A stretch of 64,000 nt of DNA. Origin: an uncultured Thermoleophilia bacterium (lineage in GTDB: Bacteria; Actinomycetota; Thermoleophilia; UBA2241). Of the stretch, positions 1 to 10,408 are shown piece by piece (the first letter of the stretch is position 1; each line of letters begins with the position of its first letter). The stretch lies in NCBI GenBank assembly GCA_963702475.1, contig CAVPCT010000004.1:256001-320000 (forward strand). The letters are read 5' to 3'. Position numbers and translations under genes: made by a program. The notes under the pieces were generated by a model that saw nothing but the letters and a program-made list of their open reading frames with translations, was not told where the DNA came from and ran no database searches.

Positions 1-899
1 GCCTTGAGGGACTCTCGCCCGACGTACTCGCCCTTGCGCGGCGAGAAGCTGACCGCGAACGTGGCCAAGGGGCAGCTCATGATGGGGATCTCGTTGCCCT
101 CCGGGTCGAGCCCGAGCTCGTGGCCGTACAGCGGCAGGCCGGCCTCGAGACGCAGGGTATCGCGGGCGCCCAGCCCTACGGGGGTGGCGCCGCTCGCCAC
201 CAGGGCGTCCCACACGGCTGGTCCGTCTTCGGAGGGCGTGAAGAGCTCGAAGCACAGGGGCTCGCCTGTGTACCCCGTGCGCGCGAGCCTGACGCGTACG
301 TGCCGGTCGCCTGCACCTGCAGGGTCGGGGACCTTCATCGTCGCGACGCTCAGTTCGTTGCGGAACGGGTCGGGCAGCGAGCCGTGCTCGATCAGGCCGG
401 CCAGCACATCGCGCGACGCCTGCCCTTGCAGTGCCAGCATGGCGATCTCGCCGGTCTCGTCCGTCAGGTCGACGTCCGGGAACCCCTCGAGATGCCGCTC
501 GAGGTGCTCCCAGTCCTTCACGCGGTTGGCCGCGTTCACGACGAGCAGGAACTCGCCGTCCACGAAGCGGTACAGGTAGGCATCGTCGACCGCGCCGCCG
601 GTGGGAGTGGGCACGATCGTGTACTGAGCCTGGAGCAGGTCGAGCGCCTCGGCGTTGTTGGTCAGGACGTGCTGCAGGAAGGCCGCCGAGCCGGGCCCGC
701 GCAACACGAAGCGGCCCATGTGTGAGACGTCGAACAGGCCGGCGCTGCTGCGCGTGGCCAGGTGCTCGGCCAAGATGCCGCTCGGGTACTGCACCGGCAT
801 CTCCCAGCCGCCGAAATCCACGAGCCGGGCGCCGGCCTCCACGTGCCGTTCGAAGAACGGAGTGCGGAGAAGGCTCCCGCCGGGCGCCGAGCCGCTCAT
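1..899 (-). CDS. gcvT: Glycine cleavage system T protein (aminomethyltransferase); 3' end lies outside the window
   Basis: Not in the ORF track. Manual translation from ATG 899 gives LRTPFFERH..DFGGWEMPVQY..GLFDVSHMG..VVNAAN..GYTGE..GLGARDTLRLEAGLPLYGHE. Its ATG overlaps the upstream stop (ATGA). Confidence 0.95.
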   Translation of the reverse strand, partial: MSGSAPGGSLLRTPFFERHVEAGARLVDFGGWEMPVQYPSGILAEHLATRSSAGLFDVSHMGRFVLRGPGSAAFLQHVLTNNAEALDLLQAQYTIVPTPTGGAVDDAYLYRFVDGEFLLVVNAANRVKDWEHLERHLEGFPDVDLTDETGEIAMLALQGQASRDVLAGLIEHGSLPDPFRNELSVATMKVPDPAGAGDRHVRVRLARTGYTGEPLCFELFTPSEDGPAVWDALVASGATPVGLGARDTLRLEAGLPLYGHELGLDPEGNEIPIMSCPLATFAVSFSPRKGEYVGRESLK

Positions 900-2107
900 G
901 CCTCTGCCCACGCCTTCAGCAGACCGAGCCCCTCGCGGATGAGGTCGCTGTTGATCCCTGAGTAGGCGAAGCGCACGTAGCGGCGCTCTTCGCCGGGCAG
1001 CTCGCGGCCGAAGTGCAGACGGGTGCAGAAACTGACGCCCGTCTCCTCCAGAGCCGCGCGTCTCAGCTGGTCGTAGGTCGTGAGACCCTTCTTCTCCATC
1101 AACCCCGTGACCTCGGGATACAGGTAGAAGGTGGCCTCTGGGCGGTAGCAGGTCACGCCGGGGATGGTGTTCAGGATGTCGACGGCGGTGTCACGGCGCT
1201 CCCTGAGGATCCGCACGATCTCCCGCGGGCCCGACTGGTCGCCGGAGAGGCCTTCCAGGGCGCCGTACTGCACGAAGTGGTTCGAGCAGCTCTCATCGTT
1301 CACGTTGAGCTTGGCGATGACGTCGACGATCGGGGCCGGCCCGACGGCGGCGCCCAGGCGCCAGCCGGTCATCGCGAACTTCTTGCTGAACGTGTACAGC
1401 ATGACGCAGCGTTCGGACATGCCGGGGAGCGAAGCCAGTGACCGGCTGCTCCCGGAGTAGCGGATGTCCCAGTAGGCTTCGTCGCAGAGCACGAGCAGAT
1501 CGTTCGCGAGGACGAACTCCGCGAGGCGCTCGACCTCGGCCGGCGAGCTCTCGGCGCCGGTGGGGTTCTGCAGGTTGTTGAAGACCAGGAGCTTGGTCTT
1601 CGGGCCGACCTGCGCCTCGAGCGAGTCCCAGTCGAGCTCGAAGTCCGCGGCGCCGGGCACGTAGCCGTACGGCTTGGCGACTCCGCCGTGGAACTCGATC
1701 TGGCTCTCGTAGATCGGGTAGCCGGGATTGGGGTAGAGGACCTCGTCTCCCGGGTCCATGAGGGCGAGGATGAATTTGCCGATCACGGGCTTGCCGCCGG
1801 GCTCGATGGCCACGTTGTCCGGCCCGAGCTCGAGGTCGTGCGAAGCCCCCACGTCCGCGGCCAGCGCCTCGCGCAGCGGCATGATGCCGGCGTTGGGGCA
1901 GTAACCCGTCTTGCCGTCGCGGATGGCCTTCGCGGCGGCGTCGACGATGTTCTGCGGCGTCGGCAGGTCCATGTCGCCGAGGTGGAATGGGTAGACGGTG
2001 TGGCCGAGCGCCTTCCACTCGTTGGCCTCGGCAGAGACGGCGAAGGCCGTCTCGGTCCCGAGGCGGCTTATGCGGCCGGCGAGACGGAGGTCGGGTGCGG
2101 TGCCCAT
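896..2107 (-). CDS. PLP-dependent class I/II aminotransferase (aspartate aminotransferase-like)
   Basis: Motifs NNLQNPTG, DEAY and SKKFAMTGWRLG (PLP lysine). SD GGGGGAG upstream. Confidence 0.92.
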   Translation of the reverse strand: MGTAPDLRLAGRISRLGTETAFAVSAEANEWKALGHTVYPFHLGDMDLPTPQNIVDAAAKAIRDGKTGYCPNAGIMPLREALAADVGASHDLELGPDNVAIEPGGKPVIGKFILALMDPGDEVLYPNPGYPIYESQIEFHGGVAKPYGYVPGAADFELDWDSLEAQVGPKTKLLVFNNLQNPTGAESSPAEVERLAEFVLANDLLVLCDEAYWDIRYSGSSRSLASLPGMSERCVMLYTFSKKFAMTGWRLGAAVGPAPIVDVIAKLNVNDESCSNHFVQYGALEGLSGDQSGPREIVRILRERRDTAVDILNTIPGVTCYRPEATFYLYPEVTGLMEKKGLTTYDQLRRAALEETGVSFCTRLHFGRELPGEERRYVRFAYSGINSDLIREGLGLLKAWAEA

Positions 2108-2128
2108 GGCGTTCTCCCCCTGACGTCT

Positions 2129-2162
2129 GAGGACAGGGTGATGGTCCCATCACCCTGTCCTC
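2129..2162 (-). promoter_or_regulatory. Perfect 15-bp hairpin between the riboswitch and the RBS (probable expression platform)
   Basis: GAGGACAGGGTGATG-gtcc-CATCACCCTGTCCTC; no U-tract follows. Confidence 0.6.
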
Positions 2163-2200
2163 GTGCGGCCGCTCGGCCGCCCGTTCCAGGGGCCCGTCCA

Positions 2201-2300
2201 GTCGCGCTCCGTTGGCCTGAGAGTTTCGGTGACGCATCCGGCGCCATCCTTGCCCCTTCGGCGCCCGTTTCCTCTTGTGAGCAGCGGGCTCTCGCGCGAC
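2201..2300 (-). ncRNA. Glycine riboswitch (single aptamer)
   Basis: Minus strand reads GTCGCGC-GAGAG-CCCG..CGGG-CGCCGAAGGGGCAA...GAAACTCTCAGGC..GCGCGAC, with the conserved core and a P1 helix. It lies upstream of a gcvT operon. Confidence 0.9.
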
Positions 2301-2459
2301 CATCCGCCGGGCATCCTCGGTCAGCCAGAGGGTAGCACCGCTTGGGCGGCGAGGGCAACGCCGGGCCGTTCGTCCTGCCCCTGGCCCGCCGGTTCTCTGG
2401 GCGGCCGCCTACACAGTCTCCCGCCGGGTCGGCGCCTGACCCCTCGACCCCTCTGGCCG

Positions 2460-2660
2460 GCAGGTCGACTTCCTTGAGGAACGGCCGCGAGCGCCACTCC
2501 AGGCAGCGATGCGCGCCGTCGGCGCTGCGGTACCGGTTCACAGACTCGGTCTCTGGGTGGTTGTGCCCGAGGCTGTCGACGGCCGCCAGAGTGGCGTCCA
2601 CATCGTCGGGGTGCACCGGGTCCAGGAAGCGCCGTCCCTCGAGCTCCTCCACCGGTGGCC
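2460..2660 (-). pseudogene. PAS (PAS_3-like) domain remnant
   Basis: EELEGRRFLDPVHPDDVDATLAAVDSL..VNRYRSADGAHRCLEWRSRP sits inside an otherwise implausible ORF; no output domain follows. Confidence 0.6.
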
Positions 2661-2831
2661 GCGCTTCTGGGGAAGCGGCGGAGCGACACCGTGTACAGCC
2701 CTCCCTGGATACGCTCCAAGCGGCCGTTGGCATAGCAGGCGAGGTCCTCGGGTGATGCGTCGCTCCTCTGTCAACTCGCCATCGGGCCGTCCGGTGGCCT
2801 GCCCGCGCTCGCTCCGATAGACTCCCGTCCC

Positions 2832-3875
<1,044 letters not shown>

Positions 3876-3984
3876 CGCTCGCGCCGGTCCCGTCGCGTCC
3901 CGGCTGCCGATCGGAGTGGCCGCGAGCCGCAGCCACGCGATACACTAGCTGGCCCAGACCCAGCGTTCCTTGCCTGGAGGCACG

Positions 3985-4464
3985 ATGATCCCGGACGAAC
4001 TGATGAAGCGGCGCGGCGCCGCCGCGGTGATCGACGAGATGGTGGCGGAGCAGATGCGTCTCGAGGGCATGCAGCAGCAGAGCGCGGCGATGGTGGGCCG
4101 CGAGTTCCCCCTCGTGATGTGGAGCGGCACCGGGCGCATCGTCGCCGCCGGCGACAACGGCGTCGCGCTTCTGGTGCGCGGCATGCGCGCCGACTTCACG
4201 TGGGAGCGTCTCGCCCGAACGTGGACGCGTCTGCGCGACAACCAGGTCCTGGGCATCGATGAGCTGGGCGGCGCGTACGACGCCGTCGGCATCGTGAGCC
4301 TGTTCGCGTTCCTCGAGCCGGACAGCCTCGACGTCCTCGGCGACCAGGGGCTACTCAGGTTCCGTCGCACCACGAAGCGTCGCGAGAACCCCATCCACCA
4401 GTACGCCGACATGGGCACGCCCACGGCTTGGCCGCAATGGCGCAGCCACATCCACGGGGACTGA
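3985..4464 (+). CDS. Hypothetical protein
   Basis: SD GGAGG before ATG 3985, TACACT -10 upstream, coding-like codon usage; no family recognised. Confidence 0.75.
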   Translation: MIPDELMKRRGAAAVIDEMVAEQMRLEGMQQQSAAMVGREFPLVMWSGTGRIVAAGDNGVALLVRGMRADFTWERLARTWTRLRDNQVLGIDELGGAYDAVGIVSLFAFLEPDSLDVLGDQGLLRFRRTTKRRENPIHQYADMGTPTAWPQWRSHIHGD

Positions 4465-4489
4465 CCCGCTCCGCGTCGTCACCCCCGGT

Positions 4490-5392
4490 GTGGTGATCAC
4501 CGTCACCGCCGATCGCCGCGTCTTCAGTCTCTGCGGCGACGCCAGACCCGTCGCCCGCGTGCGCCCCGGTGACGCCGTTGTGCTCGAGACGGCCGACTGC
4601 TTTGCCGGCCAGGTGGTGTCGTCCGGTGACACTCCGGACGGCGTCGACTGGAGCACCATCAATCCGGCGACGGGCCCGGTGTACGTCGATGGAGCAGAGC
4701 CGGGAGACGTCCTGGCCGTCGCCGTCGAGCAGGTCCGGGTCGCCGGCCACGGGGTGATGGCCGTGAGCGACGGGTTCGGAGTGCTGCGCGAACGCTTCTC
4801 TGGGACCTCGTTCCGGATGGTCACGATCGAGGGAGATGAGGCGGAGTTGCCGGGCGGCGTGCGCGTACCGTTGCGGCCCATGATCGGCGTGATCGGCGTG
4901 GCCCCGGCGGGTGAGGCCGTGCCCTGCGGCTCCCCCGGACCGCACGGTGGCAACATGGACACGCGGCTGATCGGCGAAGGCGCCACGGTGTACCTGCCGG
5001 TGGCCGTGTCCGGTGCCCTGCTTGCAGCCGGCGACCTGCACGCGGCGATGGGCGACGGCGAGATCTGTGGCACCGGCGTCGAGGTCGCCGGACAGGTCAC
5101 TCTGCGGGTGGATGTGCGGCGCGACCTCGCGCTCGTCAATCCCGTCGTCGAGACGGCCGAGGTGGTCGCCACCATCGCCTCGGCCGTCACGCTGGACGAC
5201 GCGGCCGACCTCGCGACGCGCGACATGGCCGACCTGCTCTGCGAACGCATCGGCCTCTCCGCCGGCGACGCGACCATGCTCATGAGCGTCGCCGGTGAGC
5301 TGCAGGTCTCGCAGGTCGTGGACCCGCTCAAGACGGCGCGCTTCGCGCTTCCCAAGCCTGTCCTGGCGGGCCTCGGCGCCGCGCTCGTGTGA
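4490..5392 (+). CDS. Acetamidase/formamidase family protein
   Basis: Motifs NPATGPVYVDGAEPGD, HGGNMD and GDLHAAMGDGEICGTGVE. Confidence 0.92.
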   Translation: MVITVTADRRVFSLCGDARPVARVRPGDAVVLETADCFAGQVVSSGDTPDGVDWSTINPATGPVYVDGAEPGDVLAVAVEQVRVAGHGVMAVSDGFGVLRERFSGTSFRMVTIEGDEAELPGGVRVPLRPMIGVIGVAPAGEAVPCGSPGPHGGNMDTRLIGEGATVYLPVAVSGALLAAGDLHAAMGDGEICGTGVEVAGQVTLRVDVRRDLALVNPVVETAEVVATIASAVTLDDAADLATRDMADLLCERIGLSAGDATMLMSVAGELQVSQVVDPLKTARFALPKPVLAGLGAALV

Positions 5393-5483
5393 GCGGTGCG
5401 CCTTCGGACCACCGCTCCACGCCTCCCCTGCGGCGGGAAGCGAGCGCGGCGGGCACGGGCCCGCTCTACCCCGGAGGGATGAG

Positions 5484-6359
5484 ATGACCGACGGCTACGG
5501 CGCCCAGAGCATGACGGCCCCGCTGAAACGTGTGGTGATGCGGCGGCCCGGCGACGAGCTGGCCGCCGCCGACCCCTTCGCCTGGCACTACACGTCCGCC
5601 ATCGACCTGGAGGCGGCTCGCAGCGCGCACGACGCGTTCGCCGACGCGCTGCGCGCCTGGGACGTCGAGGTGCTCTACCACGAGGAGCCCCTGCCGGGCT
5701 TCGCCGACAGCGTCTTCGTGTTCGACCCCGCGTTGGTCACCGATCGCGGCACGCTGGTGTTGAGCATGGGCAAGGAGAAACGGCGCGGCGAGGAGGAGCC
5801 GCTGGCCCGCACGCTGCAGGCGTGCGGCGTCCCGGTGTACGGGCGTCTGACGGGCGCGGCGCGCGCCGAGGGCGGCGACACGATGTGGCTCGACCACGAC
5901 ACCCTGGCCGTGGGCCGCGGCTTCCGCACCAATGCAGAGGGTGTGCGCCAGCTGCGCGGCCTGCTCGAGCCTCTCGGCGTCGTGGTGCTCGACTACGACC
6001 TGCCCTTCTTCACCGGTCCGGAGGCGTGCCTGCACCTGCTGAGCGTGATCAGCCCCGTCGACGTGGACCTGGCGGTCGCCTACCCGCCGCTCATGCCGAC
6101 CGGCTTCTGGGCTGAGCTCCGGCGGCGCGGCGTGCGCCTGCTCGAGGTGCCGGAGGAGGAGTTCCTGCACAAGCAGGCGACGAACGTCCTGTGCGTGGCC
6201 CCGCGCCGCTGCATCATGCTGGACGGCAGTCCGGTCACCCGGGGGCTTCTCGAGGAGGCGGACTGCGAGGTCGTCACCTTCCCGGGCGAGCCGCTGTCGT
6301 TCAAGTGCGAGGGCGGGCCGACCTGTCTCACGCGGCCCGTCTGGCGCGACGGCGTGTGA
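5484..6359 (+). CDS. Amidinotransferase (pentein) family protein, DDAH/arginine deiminase-like
   Basis: Motifs DSVFVFD, EGGD, LHLLS and GGPTCLTRP (catalytic Cys). SD GGAGG before ATG 5484. Confidence 0.88.
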   Translation: MTDGYGAQSMTAPLKRVVMRRPGDELAAADPFAWHYTSAIDLEAARSAHDAFADALRAWDVEVLYHEEPLPGFADSVFVFDPALVTDRGTLVLSMGKEKRRGEEEPLARTLQACGVPVYGRLTGAARAEGGDTMWLDHDTLAVGRGFRTNAEGVRQLRGLLEPLGVVVLDYDLPFFTGPEACLHLLSVISPVDVDLAVAYPPLMPTGFWAELRRRGVRLLEVPEEEFLHKQATNVLCVAPRRCIMLDGSPVTRGLLEEADCEVVTFPGEPLSFKCEGGPTCLTRPVWRDGV

Positions 6360-6397
6360 CTCGAGGAAGGACGGCGCGGGCGACCGGCGGGGTCGAG

Positions 6398-7804
6398 GTG
6401 AGCCAGGACAGCCGCCGCCCGCACCGACGCCGCGCCCGTCGGCGTCAGCGCCGCCGAGCGGCGCGCCCTCGACGCGCTTGACCTCGACGGGCTCGTCAGG
6501 CTGCTCGAGCGGCTCATCGCCGTCCCCAGTCTCGACGGCGATGAGAGCTCCCGCGCAGCGGTTGGTGGCGGCCTGGATGCGCGACGCGGGCCTCCGCGTC
6601 GACGTGTGGGACATCGACCTCGCGGCCCTGTCCACGCACCCCGACTGGTGTCATGAGGTGGAACGCGAAGAGGCGGTCGGCGTGGTCGGCTGGACAGGCG
6701 AGTCGCGCGGCGGCCGCGACCTCATGCTGAACGGCCACGTTGACGTGGTCCCAGCCGGCGACGAGGCGATGTGGACGGTGCCGCCGTTCACCCCGTCAGG
6801 TGCGGGACGGGCGGGTGTACGGCCGCGGCGCCGTGGACATGAAAGGCGGCCTGTGCTGCGCGCTGGCCGCCCTGCGCGCCGTTCACGACGCCGGCGTACG
6901 GCTGCGCGGTCGCCTCAGCGTCGCCAGCGTGGTGGGCGAGGAAGACGGCGGCACCGGCACGCTGGCCACGCTGCTGCGCGGCCACACGGCGCACGGCGCC
7001 GTGATCACCGAGCCGACCCGGCTGCGTCTCATCACGGCGCAGGCCGGTTCACTGATGTTCCGCCTCACCGTCCCCGGTCTCTCCGCCCACGCCTGCGCCC
7101 GCGAGGAGGGCGTGAGCGCCATCGAGAAGTTCGTGCCGCTGCTCGTTGCCCTGCGGCGTCTCGAGGCGGAGCGCTGCGACGCGGATGCGGGCGGCGCCAT
7201 CGGCACGGGCGGCGTGCTCTCGGGCGTCGCAGTCCTGCCAGCCGGCCGCGCACCTGTCGCCGGCGATCCGCGCGGGCCGCTCTTTGCCGCCTACCGCCTC
7301 CCGTGGCCCATCGAGGTCGGTACGGTGAGGGCCGGGGATTGGGCCTCCAGCGTTCCCGACACGCTGGTCGCGGAGGGACGCTACGGTGTGGCGGTGGGTG
7401 AGGATCTGGCAGAGGCTCGGCGCGCGCTGGAAGACGCCGTCGCGCGCGCCGCCGCGGCCGACCCCTGGCTGGCCGGACACCCTCCGCGGGTGGAGTGGTG
7501 GGGCGGGCGCTTCGACCCGGCCGAGACCGCGCCGGACGATCCGATCGCCGCCGCCGTCTCGTCCGCGGCCTCCTCGGTCCTGGGCCATGCCGCGCACGTG
7601 GAGGGCGTCACGTACGGCGCGGATATGCGTCTGCTGGTCAACGTCGGACGCATCCCGACGGTGATGTTCGGCCCCGGAGACGTACGCGTCGCCCACATGC
7701 CGGACGAACACGTCCCACTCGACGATCTCGAGGCTGCCGCCAGGACCCTCGTCGTGGCGGCCCTGCGTTTCTGCGGTGTGGAAGATCGGGACGCCGGGGA
7801 GTAG
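6398..7804 (+). pseudogene. ArgE/DapE-family M20 deacylase broken by three single-base insertions (pseudogene or assembly error)
   Basis: Segments LIAVPSLDGDE / NGHVDVVP / YGRGAVDMKGG, GEEDGG, AHMPDE lie in successive frames, with shifts near 6405, 6549 and 6796. Confidence 0.8.
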
Positions 7805-7818
7805 CCTGCCAAGGCATC

Positions 7819-8763
7819 ATGGCCGCCAGCATGCCAACCATCCCCGGCCGACCGCTGAAGGCCTCCGGCGGCGACGTCGACCGTCGCCTGTACCGCATCA
7901 TGCTCTGGTGCTACGTCACCGTCTTCCCGCTCGTCGTCATGTTCGTCGTGGTCGGCGTGGTCTCCAACTCGTCGGCCGTGGTGGTCGTGACGGTGGAGCG
8001 CGTCATCTCCATGGCCGTGCAGACCTTCTCGCTGTATGCCATCCACCAGGTGCTGAGAGACGACATCCATGAGTTCCCCTACGGGCCCGGCAAGCTCGAG
8101 GACTTCGCGGCCTTCCTGTGCGGGGTGCTCTACGTGCCGTCGGGTGTGTATCTGGCCTACGACGCGGCGACGCGGCTAGCGTCGCCTCAGGATGTGGCGT
8201 ATGCGCTCAGCATGATCCCGGTCGCCGTGTCGGCCGTCCGCATGGTGCTGCTGTACGGCGCGGTGCGGCGTCTCGCGCGTCAGGCCCACTTGTCGTCGCC
8301 GTTGCTCCGCGCGTATGTCCTCGACTTTCGTATCGGCCTGCTCGGCGACATCGGTGTTCTGTGCGCCTTCGCCCTGGGGTGGCTGCTCGTGCACTATGAC
8401 CTGGCCGGCGGCGGGGAGCGTGTGGATCCCGTGGTGGCGCTCGCTATCTCCGCCTACATGATCTGGTCGGGCGCGTCGCTGGTGCGTCACAGCTTCCGTT
8501 CGCTCATGGACATGCCTCTTCCCGCGGCGCAGCGGCTGCGCGTGATGACGGTGCTCGCCGGGCACCACTGGGACTACCAGACGGTCGGCACGCTGTACTC
8601 GCGGTCGAGCGGCAAGACCCGCATCGTCGAGATCGAGCTCGTCTTTCCCGCAGAGCGCACGTTGGCCGAGATCGAAGGGCTGAGCGCGGCCATGGAGGAG
8701 GCTCTCGGGGAGGAGATCCCGGCGCTGCAGTTTCGGATCATCCCGGTGACCGCGTTGCCGTAG
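7819..8763 (+). CDS. Cation diffusion facilitator (CDF) family transporter
   Basis: About six TM helices, FPYGPGKLE motif, DPVVAL..SLMD and a C-terminal dimerisation domain. Start is 7819 or 7831. Confidence 0.8.
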   Translation: MAASMPTIPGRPLKASGGDVDRRLYRIMLWCYVTVFPLVVMFVVVGVVSNSSAVVVVTVERVISMAVQTFSLYAIHQVLRDDIHEFPYGPGKLEDFAAFLCGVLYVPSGVYLAYDAATRLASPQDVAYALSMIPVAVSAVRMVLLYGAVRRLARQAHLSSPLLRAYVLDFRIGLLGDIGVLCAFALGWLLVHYDLAGGGERVDPVVALAISAYMIWSGASLVRHSFRSLMDMPLPAAQRLRVMTVLAGHHWDYQTVGTLYSRSSGKTRIVEIELVFPAERTLAEIEGLSAAMEEALGEEIPALQFRIIPVTALP

Positions 8764-8881
8764 GGCGCGAGGCCGCACCGGTTGCGTCTCGTCGGGACGT
8801 ACGGCGCGAGAGCCCGGGCGGCTGCGCCGCCCGGGCTCTCGCGTACCGCCCGGCTCGGGCCGGCCGCGGCCGGCGCTCCCC

Positions 8882-10126
8882 TTAGTTGACCGTGACGACG
8901 TCCTTGCGCGTCACCGGCAGCCCGCGCACGCCGAGCTCGGCGATGAAGGCGTCGCGCACGCTCCGCGGCAACTCCTCCGGGCAGATCATGCCGGTCTGCT
9001 CGATCCTGTCCTCCACGATGAGCTCGGCGTAGATGCTCGCCGGCGTACTGGTGCCGTAGCTCACACAGGTGGCGCCGGGAATGCGCTCGTTCACCCACTT
9101 GATGTCGGGCGGGAAGATGTTGTAGCCGATGCTCGCCGGCTTGCCGCCCTTCTCGCCTATGCAGTCCACAGTGACGACCCCGTAGTCGACGATCTCGCCG
9201 GCCAGGGCGAGCTTCGCGAGCTCGTCGGCCGGCGGGTTGGGCGGCAGGGTGGCGACGAACACGTCGATCGGCCGCACCTCGGTGCCGTCCTTGAGCTTCA
9301 CGGGGTACTTGCTGGTCATGCCGGAGCCTACCAAGGCAAGGTCGGCGTCGAGGCCCGCACCGTCGGGGTCGCCGCCCATCTTGAAGTCCACGTAGCGCAG
9401 GCCCTTCTCGCCGAGCGCCTTGGGCAGCAGGCGCGGCAGGGTGCTGACCTCCTCGTGGTCGTGGCAGATCACGGTGCCGAGGCCGAACGGCGCCGGGAAC
9501 TCGTACTTCTCCCGGCGCCCGAAGATCTCCACGCGCTTGTACTCGCCGTCCTCGTAGAGCAGCGGCGGCTGCGCGCAGTCGGTGTAGTACGTCTCCTGCG
9601 ACCACACCTGGAGCGGCACCGGTGAGTCGAACAGCGCGTAGTCTTTGATGCGGATCTCGAAGCACCTGTCGAGATCTTCGTACGCAGTGGCGGCGAAGGT
9701 GTTGGTGACGCCGGGATCCATGCCCGTGCTGAGGAGCGCGAGCTGACCCTGCCTGGCGAACTCCGGAGCCAGGGTCATCTGGTCCAGGTAGGCCTCGTCG
9801 ATGGTCTGCGTGCGCGTCTGGCCCTGGGCCATGTCCATGTAGGCGGCGCCGCACTTGAGGCAGGCGGTCATGATCGACTTGTTGAACTCGGGGATGACGG
9901 CGTTGACGACGAGTCTGGCGCCCTCGCCCGCCCGAGCGACCGCGTCCGTGTCCGCGGCATTCAGGAACATGGCCGCGGCCTTGCCGTTGCCCACCTGAGC
10001 GGCGACGAAGGCGGCGCGCTGCTCATCGTAGTCGCCGACGACGATCTGGGTGACGGCGGGGTTGCGGCCCAGGTTCCACGTGAGCACCTGTCCCTGCATG
10101 CCTGCGCCGACGATGAGGACCTTCAT
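8882..10126 (-). CDS. Saccharopine dehydrogenase-family oxidoreductase (carboxynorspermidine or lysine 6-dehydrogenase-like)
   Basis: Motifs GAGMQG (Rossmann), YMDMA, GMDPGVTN and HEEV. Confidence 0.85.
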   Translation of the reverse strand: MKVLIVGAGMQGQVLTWNLGRNPAVTQIVVGDYDEQRAAFVAAQVGNGKAAAMFLNAADTDAVARAGEGARLVVNAVIPEFNKSIMTACLKCGAAYMDMAQGQTRTQTIDEAYLDQMTLAPEFARQGQLALLSTGMDPGVTNTFAATAYEDLDRCFEIRIKDYALFDSPVPLQVWSQETYYTDCAQPPLLYEDGEYKRVEIFGRREKYEFPAPFGLGTVICHDHEEVSTLPRLLPKALGEKGLRYVDFKMGGDPDGAGLDADLALVGSGMTSKYPVKLKDGTEVRPIDVFVATLPPNPPADELAKLALAGEIVDYGVVTVDCIGEKGGKPASIGYNIFPPDIKWVNERIPGATCVSYGTSTPASIYAELIVEDRIEQTGMICPEELPRSVRDAFIAELGVRGLPVTRKDVVTVN

Positions 10127-10337
10127 GGCTTCGCTCCCTCCGAGAAGTGCCGGTTCTTCTGCCCGGTTCTACCAGACCGGAGGAAGTGGTACAAGCTGCG
10201 GGCGACGATTCTCGTCGTGTCGTCTGCCTTGAACAGAGGATATCGTCGTCAGCAATGCGCAGGAATCTCACTTTCGCATCCGAGTGGAGCTTCCACCTGC
10301 GCCCGGTCGCGGCGCCCGCATCTGATGGGCGTGCCGA

Positions 10338-10380
10338 CAGAAACGAGCGAGGGGCCCCGCGGACCCCTCGCTCGTTTCTG
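10338..10380 (-). terminator. Intrinsic terminator-like hairpin after bthL
   Basis: 17-bp perfect stem CAGAAACGAGCGAGGGG / CCCCTCGCTCGTTTCTG. Confidence 0.8.
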
Positions 10381-10408
10381 CCTCGGCCGTCGTCCCGCGG
10401 GCCTGGGT

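Noticed and set aside
2740-2831. T-box leader for trpS
   Set aside because: No T-box motif; a -10 box 8 nt before the GTG indicates a leaderless transcript.
10072-10087. Second parS-like sequence GGTTCCACGTGAGCAC
   Set aside because: Several mismatches in one arm, and it lies inside a CDS.
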